Source: Nematocida ausubeli (lineage: Eukaryota). Taken from it: a stretch of DNA of 64,000 bases. The notes under the pieces were generated by a model. It did not search any database. It saw only the letters and a list, made by a program, of their open reading frames with translations, and was not told the origin of the DNA. The position numbers and the translations under genes were made by a program. The DNA lies in contig NW_026515636.1 of the NCBI RefSeq assembly GCF_000738915.1, forward strand, positions 1 to 64,000. Reading direction: 5' to 3'. Shown here piece after piece: positions 22,773 to 34,449 of this stretch (positions are counted from its first letter, which is position 1; the number at the start of each line of letters is the position of its first letter).

Positions 22773-23154
22773 TGGCATGTCAGGGAATATTCCTGTTTAA
22801 CAACGCGGATACAGAAGTGGGCTGTGTGCTGCTCTACGCCAAACTGCCTCGGTTCTCTAAGTGATGCAAGGAGAGTCCTCTCTCTGCAACCATGGGCACG
22901 CCTGTTTAGGGAAGTACTTCTTTTTAGGGAATTCAGCTTATATGCGTACGCTACAACTGCAGACATACTTAGATGCATGAGGTGCATACGGGCTAAATAA
23001 TAAAGCGTGTTTGTGTGCTAGGAAGAGAACTGTAGTGCGGTTTGGATTAGTGAAAATTCTTTTATTCCATAGGCATTCTAGCTAGTAGAAGTATAATAGA
23101 TGCTGTAGACTCTGTCTTTAGCATTAGCTGGAAAATCTACTTATGCGCTGCAGT

Positions 23155-25893
23155 CTACTCTGATGCATATAAGCACTGTGCTTTTGTGAAGAATTGCTGT
23201 ATTTGCTCTAGCTTTTCAATGCCATGCAGAAGCTTATCCTCTATACGGAGTGCAATAAGAATAGATACGGTCTGCTTCAGCTGATTCAGATTAGTGATGT
23301 ACTGAATGTTTGAATATGTAAGGTCGTTCGTGTGGATCTTTGCATAGAGACTCTTGATAAGCATTTGGCAGAGCGGCTTTTTTGTGCACGCATGGATGAA
23401 TCCCATCAAGCGGAGCATGCCGGGTGTACCCTCCATTTGATACCAGTACTTTTCTGTGAGCGAAATAACTTGGTCTATTTGCTCTGTGCTGTTTTCTTTA
23501 AACAGACAGTCGAATATCCGTCTTTGCATGTACGCAGTTGTCAGAGGGTTGTGCGGGGAGCCGTGGCTCTTCTCCAGCATAATAAACGTGGTTAGGCAGG
23601 ACAGAACAATGCTAGCGTCATTTCTGTCTAGGACGTGCCCAAAGATTCTAAGAGTTTCAACGGTGCACGCGCCAATCTGCTTGTATAATTTCTCGGAGAT
23701 TTTTATATTTGGGTAGCAGGACTTGTAGGAGCCGTTGTACAGCAAGCTTGGTAGAAGTGTTAGCTGAACAATATGGTTGTCCAGTTCGCAGCGCCCAAGG
23801 ATGTTGCTGATAAAGCGCGATACTGGGTGTGCAGCATTTATCTCTCTGCCAGCAGTGTATGCAACGAAGTGCATGATAAGGTTCTTTTTGTATTTCATCT
23901 CGTGAATCTTCCCTTTTATAAGCACTCTGTTCATCGGCTGGAAATCGTTTAAAGATAGTTCTCGGATTGCATCCTTTGGTATGGCAACCTTTGAGGAAGA
24001 GAAGTATATGGCTTTGGTCCTTGCGTCGATGTGCTGTGCTGTCAGAAGGCCCATAAAGCTTCCCTCGCACTCATACATCCTCTTGAGCTCTAGAAGGCTT
24101 GCAGAAGGAGAGCACACTGCCTGGTTCTGCACCGGGAGAAGCTGTAGCTCAGCACCGCGTGGGGTTAAGCATATGCTAATTCCATTGCTCATTTTGGCAT
24201 CGTTGTATACGATGCAAACTGTTCCGTACACGTCAGTGGTGCCGTCTAGTCTGCGGCTGCTTTTAAGGTTTTTGCAGCTAACAGTCATTTTTTTGTTCTT
24301 TAGGAGCAATTCGAATACACTCTGTGTGCACTTCTCTATTTCCGTGTACAGTTCTTCCTCTGGATTGTCGTTTTGAGCAAGAACTTCATAGTACCAGGAC
24401 AGCTCTTCTTTTTTGCTCTCGTACAGGCCTGTGATGCTCAGAATAACTTTCAGAAGATTCAAAAGCCCGCACTGAATTTCGTTACCTTCCTTTTTATACT
24501 CAATCTCTGCCTCACTGATATCTGAGACAACTGCACTCCATGCCTTATGTGCCTCCAGGTCCATTTCCTCAAGTGGAGCACTGAACATTTCAAAGAATTT
24601 TCGCAGCTCTACAGACGCATTCTTAATGTGGCCAACTGTATACTTGTGCTCCTTTGGGTTATATGAGAAGCAGCAGAAGAGGCCGTATATGCAGATCTCA
24701 GTGCTGTTTCTGAAATATTCTTTCGTCTGCGAGAACTGGTCCAGCTTTCGGTCGTACTGCGGAACCAGCATGGGCGCAGGCAGCTGTCCTATGTATACAA
24801 AAGGAAACGCCTTGCAGATACTGATGGTTCTCTGCATCTGCTCTATAGCATGGAAGTATGGTACCATTTCACTATTAGCTGTGCCTACTGGAGAGAAGCA
24901 CTTCTTTAAAATAAAATCAGCATGTGCTTTCTCTGTACTGGTCTTTGAGTCCTTCCCATTTTCAGTGGCATCAGAAAGTAAACTGTACACTGCCTCAATA
25001 AACTGCTTGGCATCTGATGCACTGTCTATAAACTCAAAGACATACACCTGTATCAGGAAGCTTAGAGTATCCAGAAACTCGCCCTCCTCAAACCTTTCCT
25101 GGCTTACAGGAGCTGAATTCTGCAGTACATGGTGTTTTTTTGCATAGTATACAAAAAAGCCTATTATGTCCTCTATCTCAGATTTGTTAGTGGTTTGTGC
25201 TGCAGTATTTCCCTGGACTTCCTCTGGCACTTCTACAGTAATATCAAAGTATGCAGTCTTTTCTGTCTTCATCCGGATGCAAAGGTTTTTTCCATCCTTT
25301 GTGCATTCAATTGGTACCTCTATTCTTTCTGTGAGAAGAAAAAGCGCAGCAAGGATCTGCATGGCATGCTGCCGCGCAGGCTCGCTGCGAAGGAACTGAA
25401 TAAACGAGCCATTTCGCTCATTTTCTATGGATAACTCTCCATTCTCCCAGGAAAACAGCTGGATCAGTTTTTCATGGTACTCTCTTTCATATGTCTCAGA
25501 TGGATTGGTACTATTAAGCTGCCCCCACACGGTATCACTCTGAGGCGTCTGTGTTAGTTTGAAGTCAGGCCAGAACTTGTCCTCAGAGGGAAAACTCTCT
25601 AGCGAATAGCTTGCTGCTATGCTTGGGGAATAGAATCGCTTGTTGTGCATGTATCCCTCCATGTGGTAAATGTACCCACGCAAAAGGTTCAGTGGACCTG
25701 TTAATTCTATTTCTAGCTGTGCAGCAGAGGGCCCTACACGCACACTTTTCTGGATGTGCTGCAGTGTCTCAAAGTCTGGTCTTCCACACACCATATAAAG
25801 GCAAGTGGATAGAAGTAAAGCTGTAAACCCTGTTTTCATATGCAGGATAAAAAGTTTTTTATTTTTATATTTGATTTTTCCTATAATGTGCAT
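23155..25893 (-). CDS. Large-gene-family (NemLGF1-like) secreted protein; start may be Met19
   Basis: Signal peptide MKTGFTALLLSTCLYMVCG, plus GPLNLLRG, GYMHNKRF, ILAALFLLTE, FLIQVYVFEF, YGLFCC, HKAWSAVV and RFISNILG blocks. Confidence 0.85.
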   Translation of the reverse strand: MHIIGKIKYKNKKLFILHMKTGFTALLLSTCLYMVCGRPDFETLQHIQKSVRVGPSAAQLEIELTGPLNLLRGYIYHMEGYMHNKRFYSPSIAASYSLESFPSEDKFWPDFKLTQTPQSDTVWGQLNSTNPSETYEREYHEKLIQLFSWENGELSIENERNGSFIQFLRSEPARQHAMQILAALFLLTERIEVPIECTKDGKNLCIRMKTEKTAYFDITVEVPEEVQGNTAAQTTNKSEIEDIIGFFVYYAKKHHVLQNSAPVSQERFEEGEFLDTLSFLIQVYVFEFIDSASDAKQFIEAVYSLLSDATENGKDSKTSTEKAHADFILKKCFSPVGTANSEMVPYFHAIEQMQRTISICKAFPFVYIGQLPAPMLVPQYDRKLDQFSQTKEYFRNSTEICIYGLFCCFSYNPKEHKYTVGHIKNASVELRKFFEMFSAPLEEMDLEAHKAWSAVVSDISEAEIEYKKEGNEIQCGLLNLLKVILSITGLYESKKEELSWYYEVLAQNDNPEEELYTEIEKCTQSVFELLLKNKKMTVSCKNLKSSRRLDGTTDVYGTVCIVYNDAKMSNGISICLTPRGAELQLLPVQNQAVCSPSASLLELKRMYECEGSFMGLLTAQHIDARTKAIYFSSSKVAIPKDAIRELSLNDFQPMNRVLIKGKIHEMKYKKNLIMHFVAYTAGREINAAHPVSRFISNILGRCELDNHIVQLTLLPSLLYNGSYKSCYPNIKISEKLYKQIGACTVETLRIFGHVLDRNDASIVLSCLTTFIMLEKSHGSPHNPLTTAYMQRRIFDCLFKENSTEQIDQVISLTEKYWYQMEGTPGMLRLMGFIHACTKKPLCQMLIKSLYAKIHTNDLTYSNIQYITNLNQLKQTVSILIALRIEDKLLHGIEKLEQIQQFFTKAQCLYASE

Positions 25894-26339
25894 ATTAGAA
25901 AGAATAATTCCTTATTTTAGACCATTTATACTGCAGAAAACCAGCAAAATATATTTCAGACACTGATTTAGCTAAAAAGAGATGTATAGAGGGGTGGAAA
26001 GGTGTGTGTCCCTGGAAAAACATAAAAACATACAATAAAATGATGCAAAATCTATAAACTATCACCTGGTCATAGACAGTGTATAACTTGCTAGACTACA
26101 TAAAATGCAAAAAAACTAGGTTTCTGTAACAGAGCATACACTAGTGGAGCACACAGGTTAAACAATTATTTCTCAATTTTGGATATTTCTCGTTAACTTA
26201 CACTAAAATAAATGCTTTGCTCTATTTATTTATCACTGCTGGTTCGAAATGCTATAAAGCCACACTCTAAGAATGCAGCATATGCGATATTATAATTACT
26301 GTATATTCCTTGCTTTCCATGCACCTTTTTATTTTCTAT

Positions 26340-27902
26340 TTAAAAGAGCACTAATGCATTAAGAGCCTCATTATTGCTAATAACTGGGAAATTAGTAGAG
26401 TAAAAGTGAAGTCCAACAACCATGATTAGTGAGAGAAGGCAGTATATGAAGTAGAATACGCGGTCTGACAATAATCTATCATCAAATAGAAGACTCTTTG
26501 TGCTTGCTGCTAGTCTCCTCATATTGCATATCACACTAATTATGAACAGCATCAGCTCAAGCACATAGAGTGAATAGTTCTGCAAGCTATATGGGAACAT
26601 AATGCACAGCACAATAGACATAATAATAAAGAATACTAAAAGGAATACAAAGTCTTCTGGGTATTTTGTGTATCCACTGCTGTCTATCTTTCTTCTATTC
26701 AGCAGCATTGGGTTTGCGTATAGCTGTGCTATGGATCCCAGGCACAGAATGGGAGAAATAAGTTTTAGAAGCTTTTTTGTTGTAAAAAGATTCTTCCACT
26801 CAGAGTTCTCGCTCAGTACAATAGTATTCAGCATGAAAATAAGTATAAAGATCGACTTAGCAAACGACAAAAAGCACTTATACAAACCCAAAGATGATTT
26901 ACTGTCTTTGTCCTTGCTCTCTTCTATGTTCTTTTTTGTCAGAGTAAACAGAAGGTTTTCTGCTGCTGTGTCCATCTCTCCGAATATGGCCATTTTGGCC
27001 TTTATTCGTGCCTGGAGGTAGTCTACTTTTTTCTGTATGATTTCTATTAGGTTGTCTCTGTGCTTTTTCTGTGTGCTCTCTGGAAGAGTCCAGTCAAACG
27101 CCTCCTGGAAAAGATTAAGTATTTCTTTTGGCTTTGCCTCTGCTGTATTCGGACTTTCTCCTCGAATTTCGCCCCAGTGCTCTAGCACACCCTGTACAAA
27201 TGCATGCATATGCGTAAACATTAAAAGTTCATCTTCTGGTGCGCCTTCACTGGTGTCCAGCCTATACTCGCAGTAACCAAGTAGCTGCTCTATACTATAT
27301 CCATCTATTGCGCTTATGATCTCTTCCTTTGAGCTTGCTGGTACGTCAAAAAGCCTCTCTGGACAGTTTTCAAAGTTTGTGTAAATCTTTCTTAAAAGAG
27401 ATCGAAGTAGCGGTGGCATTGTTTCTTCTCTTCCTTGGCATGATAAATAGTAGTTTAGCGAGTCAATTGCATCAACTCCTGCACTTTCCATCTTTTTTCT
27501 GCCATATACCACATTTGTGTATATTTTTGCTCTTTTGTCCAGCTCTTTCTGAACACATGCAAGCATCATACTAAAAGCATCATTTGTGTTGAGCGCACCA
27601 GATGCCAGCATGTTAACAATGCGCTGTTTTTCTTCTGCTGCGTATTGGATGTAGTGCATGTTTGCAGCCATACACTGCAAGTCCTCTCTCTGGTTTCTGT
27701 CATCAAGATTCTCTACAAGCACGCAGTCTTTTAAGGAGGCTTTCTTCAGAAGAGAGCGAAGTGCTAATTGAAATTTGTCCTCATTTGTGACATACTTTTC
27801 TCCTAGTATCTGCGCAATCTCCTCTTTGATGCTCTCTTTGAAAGGCTCAAACAGTTCTTTAATATCTTTTGTCTGAATACTGATCACTTTCTCAACTTCC
27901 AT
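26340..27902 (-). CDS. Hypothetical membrane protein with a soluble N-domain and about 5 C-terminal TM helices
   Basis: 520 aa ORF with hydrophobic segments clustered in the last 180 aa and an AAATTT signal just upstream of the ATG. Confidence 0.8.
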   Translation of the reverse strand: MEVEKVISIQTKDIKELFEPFKESIKEEIAQILGEKYVTNEDKFQLALRSLLKKASLKDCVLVENLDDRNQREDLQCMAANMHYIQYAAEEKQRIVNMLASGALNTNDAFSMMLACVQKELDKRAKIYTNVVYGRKKMESAGVDAIDSLNYYLSCQGREETMPPLLRSLLRKIYTNFENCPERLFDVPASSKEEIISAIDGYSIEQLLGYCEYRLDTSEGAPEDELLMFTHMHAFVQGVLEHWGEIRGESPNTAEAKPKEILNLFQEAFDWTLPESTQKKHRDNLIEIIQKKVDYLQARIKAKMAIFGEMDTAAENLLFTLTKKNIEESKDKDSKSSLGLYKCFLSFAKSIFILIFMLNTIVLSENSEWKNLFTTKKLLKLISPILCLGSIAQLYANPMLLNRRKIDSSGYTKYPEDFVFLLVFFIIMSIVLCIMFPYSLQNYSLYVLELMLFIISVICNMRRLAASTKSLLFDDRLLSDRVFYFIYCLLSLIMVVGLHFYSTNFPVISNNEALNALVLF

Positions 27903-28899
27903 TTTGATGAATAAAAATTTGCATTTATATACAACTGTGAAATCAATTGGTACGAGACAGTACAGCCATAAGGCGTGCTCTTCCAGATGCTTTACTGCTG
28001 CTTCTATGCTTTTTATTGTCCTTTATGCACACAAATCATATTTACCCTGTCTTTTTTTGAAAACAGCCATTTGAATATGCGTGTGTCCCACGGTGAGTAG
28101 AATATGCTCTGTATTTAAATGTATTCAATGAACATTATACTGTTAAATAGCTATAAACAGTATCTATATGTATATTTGTTTAAGTATGAGAATACCTGGA
28201 GTCAATCTGCTTGCCATCACGCCCTCATCTACCGCTTAAACCTATTTCATCTCTGCAGTTTATTCTCTGCATAAGCCCACCCTGTTATTGCTAAATAAAC
28301 ATCTCCACACAGTAGACTTTATTCTCGTTAGTATTTATATTTATTCTTTTACTTTTCTCTTGCACAAGAAAATAAAACCCTCAATAGATGCATGTGCACA
28401 GGTTTTATTTTAATATTCTTCTATAGAAATGTATAATTAGTGTAACCTTGGAAGATGTTCAGATTCGAATGAACTAGATGCTTTTAATGAATTTACAACA
28501 TAGAAAAGCACAGCATACAGAGTGGACCATAATTTTCTCAAAGGTCTAGATAAATACGCACATATTAGCACACGTATTAGCACACAGAAGCTTACTACAT
28601 ATTTGGGCTATATTCAGGACACACAAAAAGTATATATAATAGTTAAAGGGCGAGCCCACTGTACAACCACTGAGCAAATATGCGATTTTTATGAGCAGAA
28701 ACATTGCTAATACCATACTTCATTGCTAAAAATAATTCGGGATATTCACTAAAATCAAGCTAAAACTCCTTTATATGCATTCATTTAAACACCATGTAAC
28801 CCAGAGGATCATCCAGGTAGTGCAGTTAAGATAAGTTGGACGCTATACATAAGCAGTTTAGAATATTTCAGCATTCAAATGATTCAAATGCTTTGCTGT

Positions 28900-29370
28900 C
28901 TATGCAAATTGTGTTATATCATCATACAGTCTTGTCATTTCTGAAACAAGAGGGTGCAGCTGCCCGGAAAGAGAAGTACTACCCTCCTGATCTAGCTTCA
29001 TTATGCGGGTAAGATAGAAAAGAGCAGAAGCTGTTACCGGAACATCGTGGATCGAGTGAATAAGTATGCTAATGTTCTCTTTTGCCTGCTCTACCTCTTC
29101 TGGAGAATAAAGTGAGATAGACTCAAGAGTCTCTGTTATGTATTCCCAAAAAAGAAAGCTTTCACATAAGTCTGTCTTTTGATTGCTTGTGTCCATAAGG
29201 CCGCTTACAGATGCCCATGCGCGCACTCTGCTAGAGAAAAGGTCTTTGTCCCATTTTGTTTCTTTGATATGAAGCAGGCTTGACATTAGGAATTTTTTGC
29301 ACTCTTCAATAAATATTCTCTTTGTTGTAATGTTCATGTGCTGCACATTTTGCTCTTCTGGGAAGTTCAT
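28900..29370 (-). CDS. Hypothetical protein (156 aa)
   Basis: ATG ORF preceded by AAAATTTTA, with helical protein-like composition. Confidence 0.65.
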   Translation of the reverse strand: MNFPEEQNVQHMNITTKRIFIEECKKFLMSSLLHIKETKWDKDLFSSRVRAWASVSGLMDTSNQKTDLCESFLFWEYITETLESISLYSPEEVEQAKENISILIHSIHDVPVTASALFYLTRIMKLDQEGSTSLSGQLHPLVSEMTRLYDDITQFA

Positions 29371-30570
29371 TAAAATTTTCTTCTTCTGGTATATTTATTT
29401 GGCATAAACCCGTGCAGTGCATAATTTAAGAGTGATTGCGCATACTCTTTTCTAAATATAACCATACATGAATTACAATACATAAAGATGTATAATAGAG
29501 GCATACTCATATAAAGACAAATAAAATTCATACCATAGGATTTTCGTTTCTATAATGAAAGACTTCGCTTTTTGCACACACTTTTCTTTCATATAATGTG
29601 GCAAGATCTGCTTGATTCTTCACTTCGTGCAAAATATAATTATGAAAGTTCTGTCTTCATCTATATAGCATTTTAGTACACTGTCCATAGAAGATGTGTA
29701 TAGTGGATAAAACAAAGGCATCTGTCATATAAAGTGAATATTATGCTGATATAACCCGAATAATCCAAAAATCTAAGAATAAAATTGCACTCAGCTATTT
29801 TGCAGCCAAACAATTAGTGCAGGCTTACAGTATCCTAAATATGCATTGTTTGAGGTATATAGTCACATACTCAACACGCATGTCTTTTTGCAATATAACC
29901 GGATAATTCACTGAGCTTTCAATGCACATGCGTTGTACGTATATGCACTCTGGTCATTCAGATTTATTGTATGCTCACATAAAAGCACATGCTTTATCAT
30001 ATATTAACTAGACGATCGTGTAAATTCGTCTATTTCAAGCCCAAAAAATAATAAACCCTTAGGGGCACTCCATTGCAGTGAACTCAATATGAAAGAAGAA
30101 CCTTAATCTCCTTAAAAAACCAAGATACATTCACCCCAGTATTTGGGCGCATATAAAAGAGCATGCAGTTTCTATACTAGTATATTTGCAGAGGAACACG
30201 CCCAAGTGTACTTATAATCCTTTGGATTCTTTGGATATACATGCTATTCTTAAACAGGATACTATCCCGCATCTTAAATCTTCTGATAAAAGATGCACAA
30301 TTAGAATTCACCAGATATAGACATTTGCGCAGTTCCAGCACAAAATAGAAGTGCCTTCACACTGCACACATATTTACACAGTACAAATAAAAGTCACTGA
30401 AATTCGGGTTATATTCATGCTTTGCACTGCAAAATATTCTTTAAAGTGCTTGGCACAATTTTATTTTTTTTCTTAATTTGCCCACGAAAGGTCACAGGGT
30501 ATTAAAATTCGATGATTCGAAAAGTTTCTTTTCTACTTTTGTAAAAGAAATTTTTAGGATTTTAAAGGAG

Positions 30571-31542
30571 ATGTTTTTGCTTAGAGATTTGAAGATGGTG
30601 AGAGTTTTAGGGGAAGGATCCTTCGGAAGGGTATTCCTTGTATCATTTGAAGGCCTCGCAGGAATGAAGATGAAGAAGCTATATGCACTTAAGATAATGA
30701 GCAAGGCCCAGATTATTAATAGCAACCAATTACTGCACGTATACAATGAAAAAACTGTAATGTTGAGTCTATACTCGTCTTTCTTTGTTCGTCTATATAG
30801 CACGTTCCAGGATAAGAGGTATCTCTTCATGGTTATGGAGTACGTCCCCGGTGGCGAGCTTTTCTCTTTTATGAAAGAAATTATTAAGTTTACTGTGAAG
30901 CAAGCAAGATTTTATATTGCAGAAATACTTGTGGCACTTGAGACGCTGCATGGCCTGGGAATTGTATACCGAGACCTAAAGCCAGAGAATGTTCTGCTGG
31001 ACAGGGAGGGACACATTAAGCTTGCAGACTTTGGGTTTTCCAAAAGGCTGTACCAGCCTCTGACGTGGACGCTGTGTGGAACACCCGAGTATCTAGCCCC
31101 TGAGATAGTAATGAACATTGGGCATGGGTTTGAGGTCGACTTCTGGTCACTTGGGGTTATTCTGTACGAAATGATAGTGGGGTATCCTCCATTCTACCAC
31201 GACAATCAGGTGGAGCTGTGTAGGCTGATCATTCGTGGGCATGTGAAGTTCCCATCCTTTGTGGACCCAGTGTCCAAGGACCTCATAAAGCAGCTTTTGC
31301 AGACAGACAGAAAGAAGAGGCTTGGGCACAAGAAGGGCGTGAAAATGATCTGCAGGCACTCGTTTTTCAGAGAAATCAATTGGTCAATCGTGCAAAGCAG
31401 GAATTACACCCCTCCAATTGTTCCCATAATCAATGAAGAGAACGATAAAAAGGATAGCTCAGCAGGGTGCTCAATACAGTCTCATATGGTAGGCATGGAT
31501 AGTGATCCTCCAGTGATGGACCAGCTTTTTGACCAGTATTAG
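30571..31542 (+). CDS. PKA-C: cAMP-dependent protein kinase catalytic subunit (AGC kinase)
   Basis: GEGSFG, YALK, YRDLKPEN, DFGFSK, TWTLCGTPEYLAPE and C-terminal FDQY. The first ATG is at 30571. Confidence 0.92.
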   Translation: MFLLRDLKMVRVLGEGSFGRVFLVSFEGLAGMKMKKLYALKIMSKAQIINSNQLLHVYNEKTVMLSLYSSFFVRLYSTFQDKRYLFMVMEYVPGGELFSFMKEIIKFTVKQARFYIAEILVALETLHGLGIVYRDLKPENVLLDREGHIKLADFGFSKRLYQPLTWTLCGTPEYLAPEIVMNIGHGFEVDFWSLGVILYEMIVGYPPFYHDNQVELCRLIIRGHVKFPSFVDPVSKDLIKQLLQTDRKKRLGHKKGVKMICRHSFFREINWSIVQSRNYTPPIVPIINEENDKKDSSAGCSIQSHMVGMDSDPPVMDQLFDQY

Positions 31543-32320
31543 TCCCTGCCCCGTGCGGTCTGACCCCACACCAAGCGCAAGCTACAAACCACACTGCTGT
31601 TTGAAATACTTTCTGCCGAATTTAGTATTGAAATGTTACACATTATACCACACACACTTATTATTCATTACTCTTTGCTTCTTCGCACAGAGATGATTTG
31701 TCAGAAATTGAATATCCATTCGTTAATAAATAGCAATCAAGTTACTTCCTTCTATACGCTTCTTTCCAGAACCTCCATCTTTGTAGCCTTTGCAGTGCTC
31801 TTTTAGTGCAGGCATGCAATAGGCAAAGGCAAACCTCCATATACAATAGTTAAAAAAGACCTAAGGCACACTAATAGCAACTCTAAAGATAAGTGTGCTA
31901 GAAACCCTTTATATGGTACAGAATACTGCACACACCCAGCGTATAGTGTATTTATTCTGCGTAGCACTTTAGTGTGCAGTGGATACAATGCTTCTGGTAA
32001 TTAAATTGCAGATGCAGATTTATTGAAAGACTAGGAAAGAATCAGCTTAAATTTAGAAGAACACAGCAATCTAGATCACTTAAGGAGTATATACACGCAC
32101 TCCGCTGAAATAAGCTTTACTAATTATATGTTCCAGAAGAACTTGGGACAAGCTAGCCTGAAAAGCCAAAATAAAACACGGGCATCTGAATGGCATAGTG
32201 CACAGAATGAAAACCAAGTGAAATAGGGCAGTGCCATAAAACAGCAGCAGACATGCAAGTCAATATATTTATTAGTATACAAAACACTTATTTATTTAAA
32301 AGAGCATAGACTGCAGTAGT

Positions 32321-32515
32321 CTATCCCTCGCAAATGCTCAAAACATTCTCACTTCGTAAGAAAAGCACTTCCTTTGGTGCGTCTGCAATATTTGAAATAA
32401 TTAGATTAATATGCTCATCAAACATGCGGAGAACTCCTCTGTACTCTGTGCTGTCTCTCATTGTGATGCATATTTTCGTCCCAAGCAGTCCTCGAATAAA
32501 GTCAAGCGGATACAT
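32321..32515 (-). CDS. LSM3: Sm-like protein LSm3 (64 aa)
   Basis: PLDFIR...MRDSTEYRGVLRMFDEHINLII (Sm1) and LFLRSENV (Sm2). ATG at 32515. Confidence 0.75.
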   Translation of the reverse strand: MYPLDFIRGLLGTKICITMRDSTEYRGVLRMFDEHINLIISNIADAPKEVLFLRSENVLSICEG

Positions 32516-32537
32516 TACGCGAATAAAATTTTTAACT
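32516..32537. promoter_or_regulatory. 22-bp bidirectional initiation region LSM3/GPN1
   Basis: TAAAATTTTTA core between divergent ATGs. AAATTT is a described microsporidian initiation signal. Confidence 0.65.
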
Positions 32538-33590
32538 ATGGCAAATACGGTACTAATTGTTCTTGGAATGGCTGGAAGCGGAAAGAGCACGTTCTGCCAC
32601 CGGCTGCACTCCTGGCTATCAGGAAGCAACCCGAAGATAAACAGCAAGACAGGACTAAATGATAAAGTGTGCGGGATTAATTTGGACCCGGCAGTGAACG
32701 AGGTCAAGATGCCCGTGCACTACGACATAAGAAACACAATTGACATAGACGAGCTCATGCAGAAAAAACAACTTGGGCCAAATGGCGCAATTCTAACGGC
32801 ACTGAATTTGTTTGCAGCGCACATTGATGTATTGATATCACAGATTGAGGAGCTGCAGCCAGAGTACACAATTATAGACACGCCAGGACAGATAGAGATG
32901 TTCACTACATCTGTGTCTGGGCAGATAATCACGCAGTGTCTTTCAGGAACAAAAGGCGTCCAGGTTAAGATGGTGTACGTGGTGGATGGAGAAAAGGCCC
33001 AGCACCCGCAGTGTTTCATAAGCAATATGCTCTTTGCCACATCCATACACTACCGGTTTAAGGAGCAGCTGCTTGTGGCTGTAAACAAGTCAGACATTGA
33101 AGGCGCAGAGAAAATAAAAAAGTGGGCAGGGGACTTTGAGTCTTTCAGTGAAGCCCTTCCTGAAGAAGGAACAAACACGCCCTTGACTCAGTCAATTGCC
33201 TTGTGGATGGAGGAGTTCTACAGCAATTTCAATCTCTTTTATATTTCTGCTGCCACTGGGCTTGGAAAGACTGCTTTTATTGCGGAGGTTAATAGAAAAG
33301 AAGAAGAATCAGCCAAAGAGAAGACCGAGGAGATTATTTCAAGCACCGAGCACACAGAAAGCCAAGATGAATCTGATCTTCCAGAAGCACCAGCAAGTGT
33401 CATAGAGAGTATAATAGAAACTCTCAAGAAGACAACCATTTTATGCGACAAACCATCTGCAGATGCAAGTATAAGTGCGGATGAAGAAAGCATAGAGTCC
33501 GAAAAAGAAGAAAAATCATCAGAAGAAAAGGCTGATAGGGAGGAAGAAAATCACATAAATTCCACCCAAAATACACAGAAAATAGAATAA
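32538..33590 (+). CDS. GPN1: GPN-loop GTPase 1 (Npa3/XAB1)
   Basis: GMAGSGKST, NLDPAV, LGPNGAILTALNLF, DTPGQIEMF, FISNML, NKSD and an acidic tail. ATG at 32538. Confidence 0.93.
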   Translation: MANTVLIVLGMAGSGKSTFCHRLHSWLSGSNPKINSKTGLNDKVCGINLDPAVNEVKMPVHYDIRNTIDIDELMQKKQLGPNGAILTALNLFAAHIDVLISQIEELQPEYTIIDTPGQIEMFTTSVSGQIITQCLSGTKGVQVKMVYVVDGEKAQHPQCFISNMLFATSIHYRFKEQLLVAVNKSDIEGAEKIKKWAGDFESFSEALPEEGTNTPLTQSIALWMEEFYSNFNLFYISAATGLGKTAFIAEVNRKEEESAKEKTEEIISSTEHTESQDESDLPEAPASVIESIIETLKKTTILCDKPSADASISADEESIESEKEEKSSEEKADREEENHINSTQNTQKIE

Positions 33591-34404
33591 TATACTACAA
33601 TCTCTCTATTAATAAACTTTTGAGCCGCTTAAAAAGAAAATCCAAAGATTTGTGAGTTTGTGCTTGTTCTTTCTATTCAGGGTTTTGGGTTATTCGGGTT
33701 ATATTACGCAAGTATACGAAGGAGCCTATTGGCTTTAAGGCAAATCATGTTTAATTTTATATTTCCTGCTCAGAGCCTCTAGGTCTTTGCCATGCAGCTG
33801 CTTTTAAATTTCTTTTAAGAAGCACAGTGGCTTAGAAGACACTTGTATAGAAAAATCATAGAAAAGAAATAGTTGCAATCTAAAATACAGGATATATTAT
33901 CTAGCTAGCAGGTGCAGTTTAAGCAAGATTGCATTGTCTTGGATATTTTCTGAGCTAGAGATGCTTTGCAATGAAAATAATAAAGACGCAGCAAACAGTG
34001 TGCTTACTGTAAGAAAATAAATGTACTAAGGGAAGTGCACACAGTCAAAGAAGCATAGCCAAATATCCAGCACTGTCTCACTGCATGCTCTGCTAAAGTC
34101 AAATTCACATATGCAGAAGAGTCTTTCTCCGCAGAATCTGCAAATTAAGGGGGAGTGTGCAGCTAATTAAGAAGAGTTTTCTGCACGCGCGTGCAATATG
34201 AATTTCAAGTAGAATGATAAAAGCAGTCATCGCACTCTTCAGTTCAGGCCCAAGCAAATACGCCCATCACCGCATATAAATTTGCAAATATAATTTAAAT
34301 GTGGATTCGGGTAGACTTGAATACATGCCCGCACAGATGCAGTAACAATGGCACAGCAAACACAAAATAAAACAAGCATAAATCAAAGAAAGTCCAAAGG
34401 ACGG

Positions 34405-34449
34405 ATAAACCAGTCCTCGGATAGAAAAGTATCCGTGATTCTGGTTTAT
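34405..34449 (-). promoter_or_regulatory. 3'UTR stem-loop of the uS8 gene overlapping the AATAAA signal
   Basis: ATAAACCAG/CTGGTTTAT (9 bp) and CGGATA/TATCCG (6 bp) stems, separated by an internal loop. Confidence 0.7.

Noticed and set aside
34385..34400. GAAAGTCC resembling the RNase P/MRP CR-I motif
   Set aside because: No matching P4 partner is seen, and the region is better explained as the uS8 3' flank.
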